Source: Mobula hypostoma | Lineage: Eukaryota | Reading direction: 5' to 3' | Assembly (NCBI RefSeq): GCF_963921235.1 | Contig: NC_086107.1 | Location: 111,974,001-112,038,000 of the forward strand | DNA: 64,000 nt | In this document: piece by piece, positions 1-13,300 of the stretch | Position numbering within the stretch: position 1 is the stretch's first letter | Layout of the letters: each line of letters starts with the position of its first letter | Notes under the pieces: model-generated | What the model saw: only the letters and a program-made list of their open reading frames with translations | The model's database searches: none | Told to the model about the DNA's origin: nothing | Made by a program: the position numbers and the translations under genes

Positions 1-494
1 GACTCTATCTGAAGGATTGTGCTGAAAATCTCCAAGGGTTCCAGAGATGAAGTGGAGAGTAGTGTTAACAGAGAGCAAATTGTTACAGGGCATTGGGGTC
101 GGGTTTATAGTCATAGTCATACTTTATTGATCCCGAGGGAAATTGGTTTTCATTACAGTTGCACCATAAATAATTAAATAGTAATATGTAAATTATGCCA
201 GGAAATAAGGTTAGAGCAGGACAAGAGTTCCAGTTGTGTAGTATAGAGAGATGGGCGCAAGAGCAAGATGTATTACAGTGATGGGGAGGTTAAAATGAGA
301 AAAGTGGCGGTTGGGGGGGGGGAATCACCATGAGGGCATGCTACAGTGAAGAGTTCATACATTGAAGAGTTTGATATACAGTAGTGAGCTAATCATGGTG
401 TTACATCGAACAGAGTGCAGAGAGCTTTGCGGCGAAATGTACTGAGTTAATGCTACTGCAGAAAGTGACATAGTGAGGGTATGTCACAATGAGG

Positions 495-1090
495 CGCACA
501 AAATGCTGGTGGAACACAGCAGGTCAGTCCAGATAGATGAAAATGAATGAACAGTCAACGTTTCGGGCCCTTCTTCAGGACTGAGAAGGAAGGGGGAAGA
601 TGCCAGAATAAAAAAGATGGGGGGGAGGACAACTGGAAGGTGATGGGTGAAGCCAGGTGGTGGGAAAGGTTAAGGGCAGGAGAAGAAGGGATCTGATAGG
701 AGAGGTGAGTGGACCATAGGAGAAAGGGATGAAAGAGGAGGAAGTAACAGGCAGATGAGAAGAAATAAAAGGTTAGAGTGGGAAATAGAAAAAAGAGGAG
801 TCGAATTTGTTTACTGGAAGGAGAAATCAATATTCATGCCATCAGGTTGGAGGGTGCCCGGATGGAATACAAGGTGTTGTTCCTCCACCCTGAGGGTGGC
901 CTCATCGTGGCACAATAGGAGGCCATGGACTAATATGTTGGAATGGGAATGGGAATGGGAATTAAAGTACTTGGCCGCTGGGAAGTCCCGCTTGTGGTGG
1001 ATGGCGCGGAGGTGCTGCTGGACCTGCTGAGTTCCTCCCGCAGTTTCTGTGTGTTGCTTTAGATTTCCAGCATCTACAGAATCTCTTGCC
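495..1090 (-). mobile_element. Penelope-like element terminal (pLTR) fragment with an inverted piece
   Basis: Homologous to 1302-1800; carries a hammerhead-like motif at 552-583. Confidence 0.7.
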
Positions 1091-1301
1091 TTTATGCTAC
1101 AGTGAGGGTTTGCTACAGCAAGGGGAGTATTCCAGTGAGGCCAGTTACAGCAAGGTTTTAATCAGAAAGGGTCATCTTTTCACACGGTCAGAAGAGTGAT
1201 CATTAGTTCCAGTTCCATCACGGGCACTGGCCTCCGTAGTGTCCAGGACATCTTCAAGGGGCGATGCCTCTAAAAGGCGGCATCCATCCTTAAAGACCCC
1301 C

Positions 1302-2670
1302 AACACACACAACACGCTGGAGGAACTCAGCAGGTCGGGCAGCATTCGTGGAAATGAACCGTCAACGTTTCGGGCCGAGACCCTTCGTCAGGACTGAAGA
1401 GGGAGGGAGCAGAGGCCCTATAAAGAAGGTGGGGGGAGGGTGGAAAGGAGAAGGCTGGTAGGTTCCAAGTGAAGAACCAGTAAGGGGAAAGATAAAGGGG
1501 TGGGGGAGGGGATAAGCAGGGAAGGTGAAGGAGGAACAGGGGAAAGCACAATGGGTAGTAGAAGGAGGCGGAACCATGAGGGAGGTGATAGGCAGCTGGG
1601 GGAGGGGGCAGACTGAAACTGGGATGGGGGAAGGGAGGGGGAGGGAATTATCGGAAGTTGGAGAATTCAATGTTCATACCAAGGGGCTGGAGACTACCCA
1701 GATGGTATATGAGGTGTTGCTCCTCCAACCTGAGTTTGGCCTCATCATGGCAGTAGAGGAGGCCATGTATGGCCATATCCGAATGGGAATGTGAAGCAGA
1801 GTTGAAGTGGGTGGCAACCAGGAGATCCTGTCTGTTGTGGCAGACGGAGCAGAGGTGCTCGACGAAGTGGTTCCCCAATCTGCATCGGGTCTCACCAATG
1901 TAGAGGAGGTCACACTGGGAGCACCGGATGCAATAGATGACCCCAACAGACTCACTAGTGAAGTGTTGCCTCACCTGGAAGGACTGTTTGGGGCCCTGAA
2001 TGGTGGCAAGAGAGGAGTGTAGGGACAGGTGTAGCACTTACACTTACAGGGATAAGTGCCAGGTAGGAGATCCCTGGGGAGGGACGTTGTGGACCATGGA
2101 GTTGCAGAGGGACAGATCCCTGCAGAAAGCAGAGAGGGGTAGAGAGGGCAAGATGTGCTTAGTGGTGGGGTCATGTTGAAGGTGGCAGAATTTGCGGAGG
2201 ATAATGTGCTGGAGCCGGAGGCTGATGGGGTGGTAGGTGAGGACAAGGGGAACTCTGTCCCTGTTGTGGTAACGGGAGGATAGGGTGAGGGCCGAAGTGC
2301 GGGAAATGGAGGAGATGTGGATGAGGGCATCATTGATGATGGCAGAAGGGAAACCACGAACCTTAAAGAAAGAGGACATTTGAGATGTCCCGGAACGGAA
2401 AGCCTCATCCTGGGAGCAGATACGGCGAGGACGGAGGAACTGAGAATAGGGAATAGCATTTATGCATGTGGAAGAGTAGGAAGAGGTATAGTCGAGGTAG
2501 TTTTGAGAGTCAGTGGGCTTATAGAAGATGTCAGTGGACAGTCTGTCTCCCGAGATAGAGACCGAGAGATCGAGAAAGGGGAGAGGAGTGTCCGAGATGG
2601 ACAAAGTGAGTTTGAGGGCTGGGTGGAAGTGAAAAGCAAAGTCGATGAAATTGACGAGCTCAGCATGGGT
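1302..2670 (-). mobile_element. Penelope-like element (Neptune type), 3' part: RT C-terminus, Cys knuckle, GIY-YIG endonuclease, pLTR; frameshifted
   Basis: ORFs LPFLDLSV...TDIFYKPTDSQNYLDYTSS...AIPYSQFLR; CKCKCYTCPY; VIYCIRCSQCDLLYIGET. Confidence 0.88.
1359..1396 (-). ncRNA. Minimal type I hammerhead ribozyme motif (PLE-associated)
   Basis: Minus strand CAGUC-CUGACGA-AGGGUCUCGGCCC-GAAAC-GUU-GACGG: CUGANGA and GAAA core, stem II GGG/CCC, stem I. Confidence 0.75.
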
Positions 2671-2689
2671 GCATTGTGTTTACGATTAA

Positions 2690-4360
2690 AGACGCCCATC
2701 TCCCTGGATATGCCCTCTTCTCATTGTTACCATCACAAAGGAGGTACAGAAGCCTGAAGGCACACACAACAATTCAGGGACAGTTTCTTCCCCTCTGCCA
2801 TCTGATTTCTGAATGGGCATTGAACCCATGGACACTACCTCACTATTTTTTTATTTCTATTTTTGCACTACTTATTTCATTTAACTATTTTATATATATA
2901 CACTGACCATCATTCACATTTTTCTCTATTATCATGTATTGCAATGTACTGCTGACATAAAGTTAACAAATTTCACAACATAGGCCTGTGATATTAAACT
3001 TGATTTTGACTCTGACCAACAAGAACCTCCACGTTATTTCGTATTTGGCATGAAGATCAGGAAATAAGTGTTCTAATTTGCATTAGCAACACTTCCTAAA
3101 GATTTACAGTGTCATAAAAATTCCAATGAGGTTGCAGTCATTACAAATGTTGAAATTTTCTCTTCCCATAGTGCTGACAATAATAATTCGATTTGACATT
3201 CAGGTATAAAGATCTTACACCTTAGGCACACATTCACATCCTGCCTCCACCACAGGGTTGTGTGTTTAGGTCCCTGCCCTACTCACTTTACACCTATGAT
3301 TGTGCGGCGAAGTACAGCTCCTACACCAGATACAAGTTTGCTAATGACACCACTGTTGTGGGCCGTATCAAAGGTGGTGATGAATCAGCAGACAGGAGGG
3401 AGATTGCAAATTTGGCTGAGTGGTGCCATAACAACAGAGGTCCATGAGCCAGTCTTCATCGGAGGTGGAGAGGGTCAGTAACTTTAAATTCTTGTGTGTC
3501 TCCTGTCCTGGACCCATTACATACTTGTAAATGTAATTGCAAAGAAAGCACAAAAGCCCCTCCACTTACCTTTTCAATGATCCAGATCACCTCAGGGATG
3601 TGCGTGTCCTGGTCATGTGTCCGTTTTGTGCTTGTGTTGAGAAACACACCATCTTTCTCAAAGGCTATCTGCAATGCAGAGGGATATAGAAGGGGAAAAA
3701 TTTTAAAAAACACAACTGAAGTGCGGTTGAGTGAAGGGCAGGAGTCCAATTAGATGTTCATACCATCCCGGGTGTTTAAATTTCCCAGTGTTATTATTTT
3801 CGGAGGACCTGTTCTGGGCCCAGCTTCTATAGATGTATGGTGGAAAACGTATTGATTGACTGCATTACGGCTTGGTGCATCAATGCCTTTGAATGGAAAA
3901 TCCTACAGAAAGTAGCGGATACAATACATAACGACCCAGTACATAAAGGGTAAAGTTCTCCCAACCACTGAGCTACATGAAACACTTTTACATTCTCCAC
4001 TGCATAAAATGCTGTTGTCACCATCCAGGCCAGGTTCTTTTCTCACAGCTGCAATCAGGCAAGAGATAGAAGAGCCTCAGGACCCACACCATCAGGTTTA
4101 ATAACAGTTAATACCCCTCAACCATCAGGCTCTTGAACAAAAGAGGATAATTACACTCACCTATTGAGATGTTCCTACGACCAATGACCTCACCAAGGAC
4201 TCTATCGTGTTGTTTCATGCTTTCGTTATTTGTTGCTATTTATTTATTTGTATTTGTACAGTTTGTTGTCTTCTATGCTCCTGCTCTTTCATTGATCCTG
4301 TTTACAGTTATATATATATATATATATACTCCTTCTGATAAGTTCCCTTTGAACTTTTGA
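2690..4360 (+). mobile_element. Cluster of degraded Rex1/Babar-like LINE fragments, interrupted by host sequence including the 3172-3203 micro-exon
   Basis: ORFs FSLLPSQRRYRSLKAHTT and LYTYDC...[12 protein letters not shown]; boundaries approximate. Confidence 0.6.
3172..3203 (+). CDS. Probable signal-peptide micro-exon ([11 protein letters not shown]), phase 1 to 0
   Basis: ttttctcttcccatag acceptor, CAG|gtataa donor, 32 nt, hydrophobic, phase fits the next micro-exon. Confidence 0.5.
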
Positions 4361-7300
4361 AATCACTCACCACCATTCAGGGCTCTAGGCAGGTCTTTCA
4401 GGTGAGGCAACACTTCACCTGTGAATCTGCTGGGGTCATCTATTGTACTCTGTGCTCCTGATGCGGTCTCCTCGACATTGATGAGATGCTTCATAAATTC
4501 TGGGACCACTTCATCAAGCACCTCCACAAGCAGGACTTCCTGGTGGCCAAACTTTCCCACAAGAATTCCACATCCTCCCATCCTATGTCACCTCTTTCTA
4601 AGGATTTAATTTTATGTTTTTACCAATAGAGCCACCCTACCTCCTCTGCCTACCTGCCTATCCTTTCGATACAACGCGGAAGTTATTCTTTCAGCCACGA
4701 CTCAGAGATGCTCACATCATTCATATCTGCCCATCCCTAACTGCAACTCAAGATCATCTACCTTGTTCCATATACCATATGAATTCAAATACATCACCTT
4801 CAGTCCTGTGTTCATCACCCTTTTTGATGTCATTCCCCTGTTACAGTGAAACTCATCCCACTGACTGCAGTTCTGCCCTATCATCTGCCTGTCCTCCCTC
4901 ACCGTCTCCCTACACACTGCATCTGCTTGTATACCAACTGCCCCATTCTAAGCCCTATCATTCCAGTTTCCAGCCCCTGCCAAATTAGTTTAAACCCTTC
5001 CCCACAGCTCTAGCAAACCTGCCCACAAGGATATTGCTCCCCTTTGGGTTTGGGTACAACCCATCCATTTTGTACAGGTCCTATCTTTCCCAGAAGAGAT
5101 CTCAGTGATCCAGAAATCTGAAATCCTACCCCTACATCAATTCTTCAGCTGTGCATTCATCTGCCAAATCATCCTATTCTTACCTTTACTGGCACGTGGC
5201 AAAGGCAGCAATGCAGAGATTACTACCCTAGAGGTGATGTTTTTCAGCTTTCTGCCTAACTCCCCAAAATCTCTCTTCAGGATTTCCTCCTTTTTCCTAC
5301 CTATGTCATTATGAAAAATGTGAGGTGCTACATTTTGGTAGAACTAATCAAAATAGGACATACATGGTAAATGGTAGGGCATTAAAGGATGTTTTAGAAC
5401 AGAGGGATCTGGGAATAATGGTGCATAGTTCCCTGAAGATGGAATCTCATGTGGATAGGGTGGTGAAGAAAGCTTTTGGTTTGCTGGCCTTTATTAATCA
5501 GAGCATTGAGTATAGGAGTTGGAATGTAATGTTGAAATTGCATAAGGCATTGGTAAGGCCAAATCTGGAGTATTGTGTACAGTTCTGGTCAGCGAATTAT
5601 AGGAAAGATGTCAATAAAATTGAGAGAGTACAGAGGAGGTTTACTGAAATGTTGCCTGGGTTTCATCTCCTAAGTTAAAGAGAAAGGTTGAACAAGTTAG
5701 GTCTTTATTCTTTGGAGCATAGAAGGTTGAGGGGGTGCTTGATAGAGGTGTTTACAATTATGAGGGGATTGATAGAGTGGTTAGACTTTTTCCATTGAGA
5801 GTGGGGAAGATTCAAACAAGAGGACATGGGTTGAGAATTAGAGGACAAAAGCTTAGGGACAACATGAGAGGGAACTTCTTTACTCAGAGAGTGGTAGCTG
5901 TGTGGAATGAGCTTCCAGCAGAAGTGGTTGAGGCAGGTTCTACGTTCTCATTTAAAGTTAAATTGGATAGATATATGGACAGGAAAGGAATGGAGGGTTA
6001 TGGGCTGAGTGCAGGTCGGTGGGACTAGGATAGAGTAAGAGTTCAGCACGGATTAGAAGGGCCGAGATGGCCTGTTTCCATGCTGTAATTGTTATATGAT
6101 TATATTATCATCAATATGTACCAAGACTTATGGCTGCTCACCATTCCACTTTAGAATGATGTGGACCTGACCTGAGACATCCCTGACCCTGGCACCCGAC
6201 CATCCGGGGGGTTTATTTCATGGTCACAGTTATTGCCTTCTGCTCCTTGTTGGAACTCTGTTGATTTTCTGATCCTTAGCATTCTTCTGGGAGTCAAGCA
6301 GTCTTAATTCCAAGATTTCAGTTTATTGTGGAGTACAAACAAACATACAAGTACTAAACAAACTGAATAAGGAGCTGAGAAATGGTGCTAAGAGGGGGAT
6401 CAATGCTAAGGGGTGTAAGTATTGAATCGTATTGACTTTATTTCTTACATCCTTCACATACATGAGGAGTAAAAATCTTTACGTTATGTCTCCATCTAAA
6501 TGAGCAATGTGCAATCATAGTAATTTAAAATAATTTATTTTAAATTTTTAAGTAAAAGTGGCAGGCCGACAAATCCAGGGCAAGCATTAAAAAGGGCCAC
6601 TTTTCAGCATAATTGTATAAGGGCTAAGAGAGTTCTTAAAAGAGCGCCTGAAGGCTTTGTGTGTCAATGCAAGGAGCATTCGTAATAAGGTGGATGAATT
6701 GAAAGTGCAGATTGTTATTAATGATTATGATATAGTTGGGATCACAGAGACATGGCTCCAGGGTGACCAGGGATGGGAGCTCAACGTTCAGGGATATTCA
6801 ATATTCAGGAGGGATAGACATGAAGGAAGGGGAGATGGGGTGGCGTTGCTGGTTAAAGGAGAGATTAACGCAATAGAAAGGAAGGACGTAAGCCGGGAAG
6901 ATGTGGAATCGATATGGGTAGAGCTACGTAACACTAAGGGGCAGAAGACGCTGGTAGGAGTTGTGTACAGGCCACCTAACAGTAGTAGTGAGGTCGGAGA
7001 TGGTATTAAACAGGAAATCAGAAATGTGTGCAATAAAGGAACAGCAGTTATAATGGGTGACTTCAATCTACATGTAGATTGGGTGAACCAAATTGGTAAA
7101 GGTGCTGAGGAAGAGGATTTCTTGGAATGTATGCGGGATGGTTTTTTGAACCAACATGTCGAGGAACCAACTAGAGAGCAGGCTATTCTGGACTGGGTTT
7201 TGAGCAATGAGGAAGGGTTAATTAGCGATCTTGTCGTGAGAGGCCCCTTGGGTAAGAGTGACCATAATATGGTGAAATTCTTCATTAAGATGGAGAGTGA

Positions 7301-10300
7301 CATAGTTAATTCAGAAACAAAGGTTCTGAACTTAAAGAGGGGTAACTTTGAAGGTATGAGACGTGAATTAGCTAAGATAGACTGGCAAATGACACTTAAA
7401 GGATTGACGGTGGATATGCAATGGCAAGCATTTAAAGGTTGCATGGATGAACTACAACAATTGTTCATCCCAGTTTGGCAAAAGAATAAATCAAGGAAGG
7501 TAGTGCACCCGTGGCTGACAAGAGAAATTAGGGATAGTATCAATTCCAAAGAAGAAGCATACAAATTAGCCAGAGAAAGTGGCTCACCTGAGGACTGGGA
7601 GAAATTCAGAGTTCAGCAGAGGAGGACAAAGGGCTTAATTAGGAAAGGGAAAAAAGATTATGAGAGAAAACTGGCAGGGAACATAAAAACGGACTGTAAA
7701 AGCTTTTATAGATATGTAAAAAGGAAAAGACTGGTAAAGACAAATGTAGGTCCCCTGCAGACAGAAACAGGTGAATTGATTATGGGAAGCAAGGACATGG
7801 CAAACCAATTGAATAATTACTTTGGTTCTGTCTTCACTAAGGAGGACATAAATAATCTTCCAGAAATAGCAGGGGACAGAGGGTCCAGTGAGATGGAGGA
7901 ACTGAGCGAAATACATGTTAGTAGGGAAGTGGTGTTAGGTAAATTGAAGGGATTGAAGGCAGATAAATTCCCAGGGCCAGATGGTCTGCATCCTAGAGTG
8001 CTTAAGGAAGTAGGGCAAGAAATAGTGGATGCAATAGTGATAATTTTTCAAAACTCGTTAGATTCTGGACTAGTTCCTGAGGATTGGAGGGTGGCTAATG
8101 TAACTCCACTTTTTAAAAAAGGAGGGAGAGAGAAACCGGGGAATTATAGACCGGTTAGCCTAACCTCGGTGGTGGGGAAACTGCTGGAGTCAGTTATCAA
8201 GGATGTGATAACAGCACATTTGGAAAGCGGCGAAATGATCGGACAAAGTCAGCATGGATTTGTGAAAGGAAGATCATGTCTGACGAATCTCATAGAATTT
8301 TTTGAGGATGTAACTAGTAGAGTGGATAGGGGAGAACCAGTGGATGTGGTATATTTGGATTTTCAAAAGGCTTTTGACAAGGTCCCACACAGGAGATTAG
8401 TGTGCAAACTTAAAGCACACGGTATTGGGGGTAAGGTATTGGTGTGGGTGGAGAATTGGTTAGCAGACAGGAAGCAAAGAGTGGGAATAAACGGGACCTT
8501 TTCAGAATGGCAGGCGGTGATTAGTGGGGTACCGCAAGGCTCAGTGCTGGGACCCCAGTTGTTTACAATATATATTAATGACTTGGATGAGGGAATTAAA
8601 TGCAGCATCTCCAAGTTTGCGGATGACACGAAGTTGGGTGGCAGCGTTAACTGTGAGGAGGATGCTAAGAGGATGCAGGGTGACTTGGATAGGTTGGGTG
8701 AGTGGGCAAATTCATGGCAGATGCAATTTAATGTGGATAAATGTGAAGTTATCCACTTTGGTGGCAAAAATAGGAAAACAGATTATTATCTGAATGGTGG
8801 CCGATTAGGAAAAGGGGAGGTGCAACGAGACCTGGGTGTCATTATACACCAGTCATTGAAAGTGGGCATGCAGGTACAGCAGGCGGTGAAAAAGGCGAAC
8901 GGTATGCTGGCATTTATAGCGAGAGGATTCGAGTACAGGAGCAGGGAGGTACTACTGCAGTTGTACAAGGCCTTGGTGAGACCACACCTGGAGTATTGTG
9001 TGCAGTTTTGGTCCCCTATTCTGAGGAAAGACATCCTTGCCATAGAGGGAGTACAAAGAAGGTTCACCAGATTGATTCCTGGGATGGCAGGACTTTCATA
9101 TGAAGAAAGACTGGATGAACTGGGCTTGTACTCGTTGGAATTTAGAAGATTGAGGGGGTATCTGATTGAAACGTATAAGATCCTAAAGGGATTGGACAGG
9201 CTAGATGCAGGAAGATTGTTCCCGATGTTGGGGAAGTCCAGAACGAGGGGCCACAGTTTGAGGATAGAGGGGAAGCCTTTTAGGACCGAGATTAGGAAAA
9301 ACTTCTTCACACAGAGAGTGGTGAATCTGTGGAATTCTCTGCCACAGGAAACGGTTGAGGCCAGTTCATTGGCTATATTTAAGAGGGAGTTAGATCTGGC
9401 CCCTGTGGCTACGGGGGTCAGGGGGTATGGAGGGAAGGCTGGGGCGGGGTTCTGAGTTGGAGGATCAGCCATGATCATAATAAATGATGGTGCAGGCTCG
9501 AAGGGCCGAATGGCCTACTCCTGCACCTATTTTCTATGTTTCTATAAATAGAACAGTCAATGTAACATAGAAATACACTCAAATCAGTGTGAGTTAATCA
9601 GTCTGATGGCCTGGTGGAAGAAGCTGCCCCCGAGTCTGTTGGTCCTGGCTTTTATGCTTCGGTACCGTTTCCCTGATGGTAGCAGCTGGAATAGATTGTG
9701 TTTGGGGTGACTCAGGTCCCCAATGATCCTTCGGGCCCTTTCCTCACACCTGTCTTTGTAAATATCCTGAATCATGGGAAGTTCACAACTACGAATGTGC
9801 TAGGCTGTCTGCTCCACTTTCTGCAGAGTCTTGCGATTAAGGGAGGTACAGTTTCCATATCAGGCAGAGATGCAATCAGACAGGATGCTCTCAATTGTGT
9901 CCCTGCAGAAAGTTCTTAGGATTTGGAGCCCCATACCAAACTTCCTCAACAGTATGAGGTGAAAGAGACGCTGTTGTGCCTTTTTCACCACACAGCTGGT
10001 GTTTACAGACCACATGGGGTCCTTGGTGTGTGGATGCTGAGGAACTTAAAGCTGTTTACCCTCTCAATCCCAGATCCATTGATGCCAATAGGGGTTAGCC
10101 CGTCTTCATTCCTCCTGTAATCCACAACCAGTTCCTTTGTTTTTGCGACATTGAGAGAGAGGTCATTTTCTTGACACCACTGTGTCAGAGAGATTATTTC
10201 TTTCCTGTAGACAAAATAATAAAAGCTGGTGCCTCTGAAAACCTACCACTTTTATAGGTAAGTCAAAGAAAATACCTTAGATAGTGATAAACCAGTTAAT

Positions 10301-13300
10301 AGGCTACATAATTAAAATTATTGAATCACATGGGTAATGTGCTAATACTTAGCCAATGAGGAATGAGACAAACCATTAGTTTAGCTGCTATACCACTTTC
10401 TGCCAGTGAGGGTGAAAAATACATGAGTTTGTAAAGAAGTACAAATCTTATAAAAAAGTATTAATAAAAAAAATGGTTTCCAACATCCTTTAATTATGGA
10501 ATCCCCTATCACTACTGCACCCCTTTTTCTCCCCCTTCCCTTCTGAGCCACAGAACCAGACCCAGTGGCAGAGACCGGGTTGCTGCAGCTTCCCCCACTC
10601 CCCCCAAGAGTATCTCATGGTATGCTAATTATTAAGGGGAACGGCCACTGGGTTATTCTGCACTGGCTATATTCCCTTTCCTCTCCCAACAGTCACCCAG
10701 GGAGCTGCTGCCTACAACATAGGGGTGACTAACTCCCCATAGCTCTTAACTATCACATCTACATTTTCCTGTATGAGCCTCTCATCCCTCCATTATTCCC
10801 TTCTCCCATGTAGGGATCCTGAGCGAAGGTTGAAATGTGAACTCAAATTCACTCAAACTGCCTGGAGTACTCTCAACTTAACAGAAGACTACTCAATAAA
10901 CCAGTGATGGTTTAATAGTAAGTAGTTAAACTGCAGAGTTTAAATAGTCAGGCACAAGAAAATCTGCAGATGCTGGAAATCCAAAGCAACACACACACAC
11001 ACACACACACAAAATGCTGGAGGAACTCAGCAGGTCAGGCAGCATCTATGGAAATGAATAAACAGTCCTCTGCATCTAGAGAGGATAAGATATGTTATCA
11101 AGGACAGACTCAAGAAATTTGAAAAAATCTGGCAACCATTACTGCTGTATTTGCAGAGACCGACAGCTGAACTAAGTGTTGGGGGCGGTAGGACCTAAAC
11201 AGCACATACGGGAGGGGTGAGGGGAGGGAAGGGCTGGGAAGGGGAAAGGAGACGGAGTGATAGGGTTTCCTTTGCTTTTTACTTGTTTACTTACATTCAT
11301 TTGACTTTCATTATGTTGTTATAAGAAAGAAAAGAAGAAAGAAGCATTGTACTTTAGGACATTGTCAGTTGTACAGTTTGTAGTTAAGCTGATGTTGCTT
11401 CACAATAAAAACATTTAAAACAGAAATGAATAAACAGTCAACGTTTCAGGCCAAGACCCTTCTTCAGGACTGAGAAGGAAGGGGGAAGATATCAGAATAA
11501 AAAGGTGTGGGGAGGGGAAAGAGGCTATCTAGGTGACAGGCGAAGCCAGGTGGGTGGAAAAGGTGAAGGGCTGGAGAAGACGGAATCGAATAGGAGAGGA
11601 AAGTGGACCACGGGAGCAAAGGAAGGAGAAGGGGGACCCAGGAGGAAGTGATAGGCAGGTGAGAAGCAGTGAAAGGTCTGAGTGGGGAATAGAGGTGGGG
11701 AGGCAGAATATGTTCACCGGAAGGAGAAATCGATATTCTGGTACTGCTGACATGGCATCAGTGCTGCTGTACAGTCAGTGAGGGATGGGGCAAAGACTGC
11801 AGAATCTACCAATGTCCTATGTATGACTCCAGTGACAGCCCGTTACACCCAGTACGCACCTCCAGCATAAACCAGTTCATACATTTGGACACGTCAAGAG
11901 GAGGCTACCCTTGGGTGGAGGAGCAACATGTTATATTTCATCTGGGTACCCTCCGATCTAATGGCAGGAACATGAAGTATGTTTTCCATTAATGCTGCCT
12001 GACCTGCTGAGTTCTTCCAGCATTTTGTGTGTGTTGTTTAAGAAGTCAGGTGATATTATGATGGTTTCTAATAGTGGCTTATGCTGAGAAATATACAAAG
12101 GAAAGTAATTTTTGACATGAGATTAAGGACTATTATAATATCTTGTTATTAATGATATTTCTTCATCAACAGGAAGTCATCTGCAGTCAATCTTCCACAA
12201 GTAAGTGCCACCATTTTATTTTGATTTTACGATCATTTCTTTTGGACCCTGCTGCTGAATTAAAAGCTGTGGGAGCAGGAAAGGGAAATGGAGTCAGCGT
12301 TTGAGGCAGATGACATTTCGTCAGAACTGGCAAGTCATAGAAACATGTTTCAAGCTGTAGAAAATAGGGAGGGGTGGAGAGAGAGAGCCGGGGAAATGGC
12401 TGTGAAGGTGTAGCGTGTGAGCAAGTTGGTGTAAACTTAAAGTAGTTTAATGACAAAATGAATCAGAGGGGAACTGCTGAGAAGAAGGAAAATAAAGAGA
12501 GGGGAATCCAATCCAAGACAAGCCATGATGCAATGGCGGAACAGAATTGATGGGCCGTATGGTCTAATTCTGCTCTTATGTCTTATTTAGTGTGATGCCG
12601 TTGCTTACCTGGAAACTAGTAAATGACCCATTGGGTCGAATGACTTCCTTCTGCATCATTGAGCGCTACAGCACAGAAGCTAGCTCTTTGGCCAATCTAG
12701 ACCATGCCAACATGTGCTTCTGCCTGGCCCAATCTACCTGCTCCCATGGCCATTGCCTTTCATGCCCCTTTCACCCATGTGCCTACCCAAACTTCTCTTC
12801 AGTGTCAGAATTGAATCCGCATTTACCCATTCTGCTGGCAGCTTGTTCCACACTCTCACCACCCTCTGAGTGGAGAACTTCCTCTTCAGATTCCCCTGAA
12901 ATACTTCACCTTTCAGCCTTAACCCATGACCTTTAGCTCTAGTCTCGCCCAACCAGAGGGAAAAATGCCTGCATGCCTTCAGCTATCCACACCCCTCAGA
13001 ATATTATATACCTCTATAAAATCTCCCCTCATTCTCCTTATTTAAAGATATATTAAAATAGAAAGTAGGTGTGTCCTGCACATAGCTCAGATAAGAAAGA
13101 ACCCAGAAATCTGAAAGTTTTCATATATTTAATATAAGAATGTGCAATCTTAGTTTTTCTCAAAACCTAAGAGTAGTACAAAGTTGTCCACCTTTTAATT
13201 TTCCCTCTTTAGTATTGATGAGATTTATTTCAGATCCTTTTCTGAAGACCCATATTAGGGTAGACAATTGGCAACAGAAATTAGAATAACCTTTTGGGAA

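Larger units (their letters stand above)
10952..12040 (-). mobile_element. Penelope pLTR fragments with a (CA)n expansion and a nested L1-like insert
   Basis: Family motif aaatgctggaggaactcagcaggtcaggcagcatc; hammerhead motif. Confidence 0.7.

Noticed and set aside
6788..9478. Long minus-strand ORFs (258, 134, 230 aa) opposite the CR1
   Set aside because: Antisense shadows of CR1 ORF2; the same peptides recur opposite every CR1 copy
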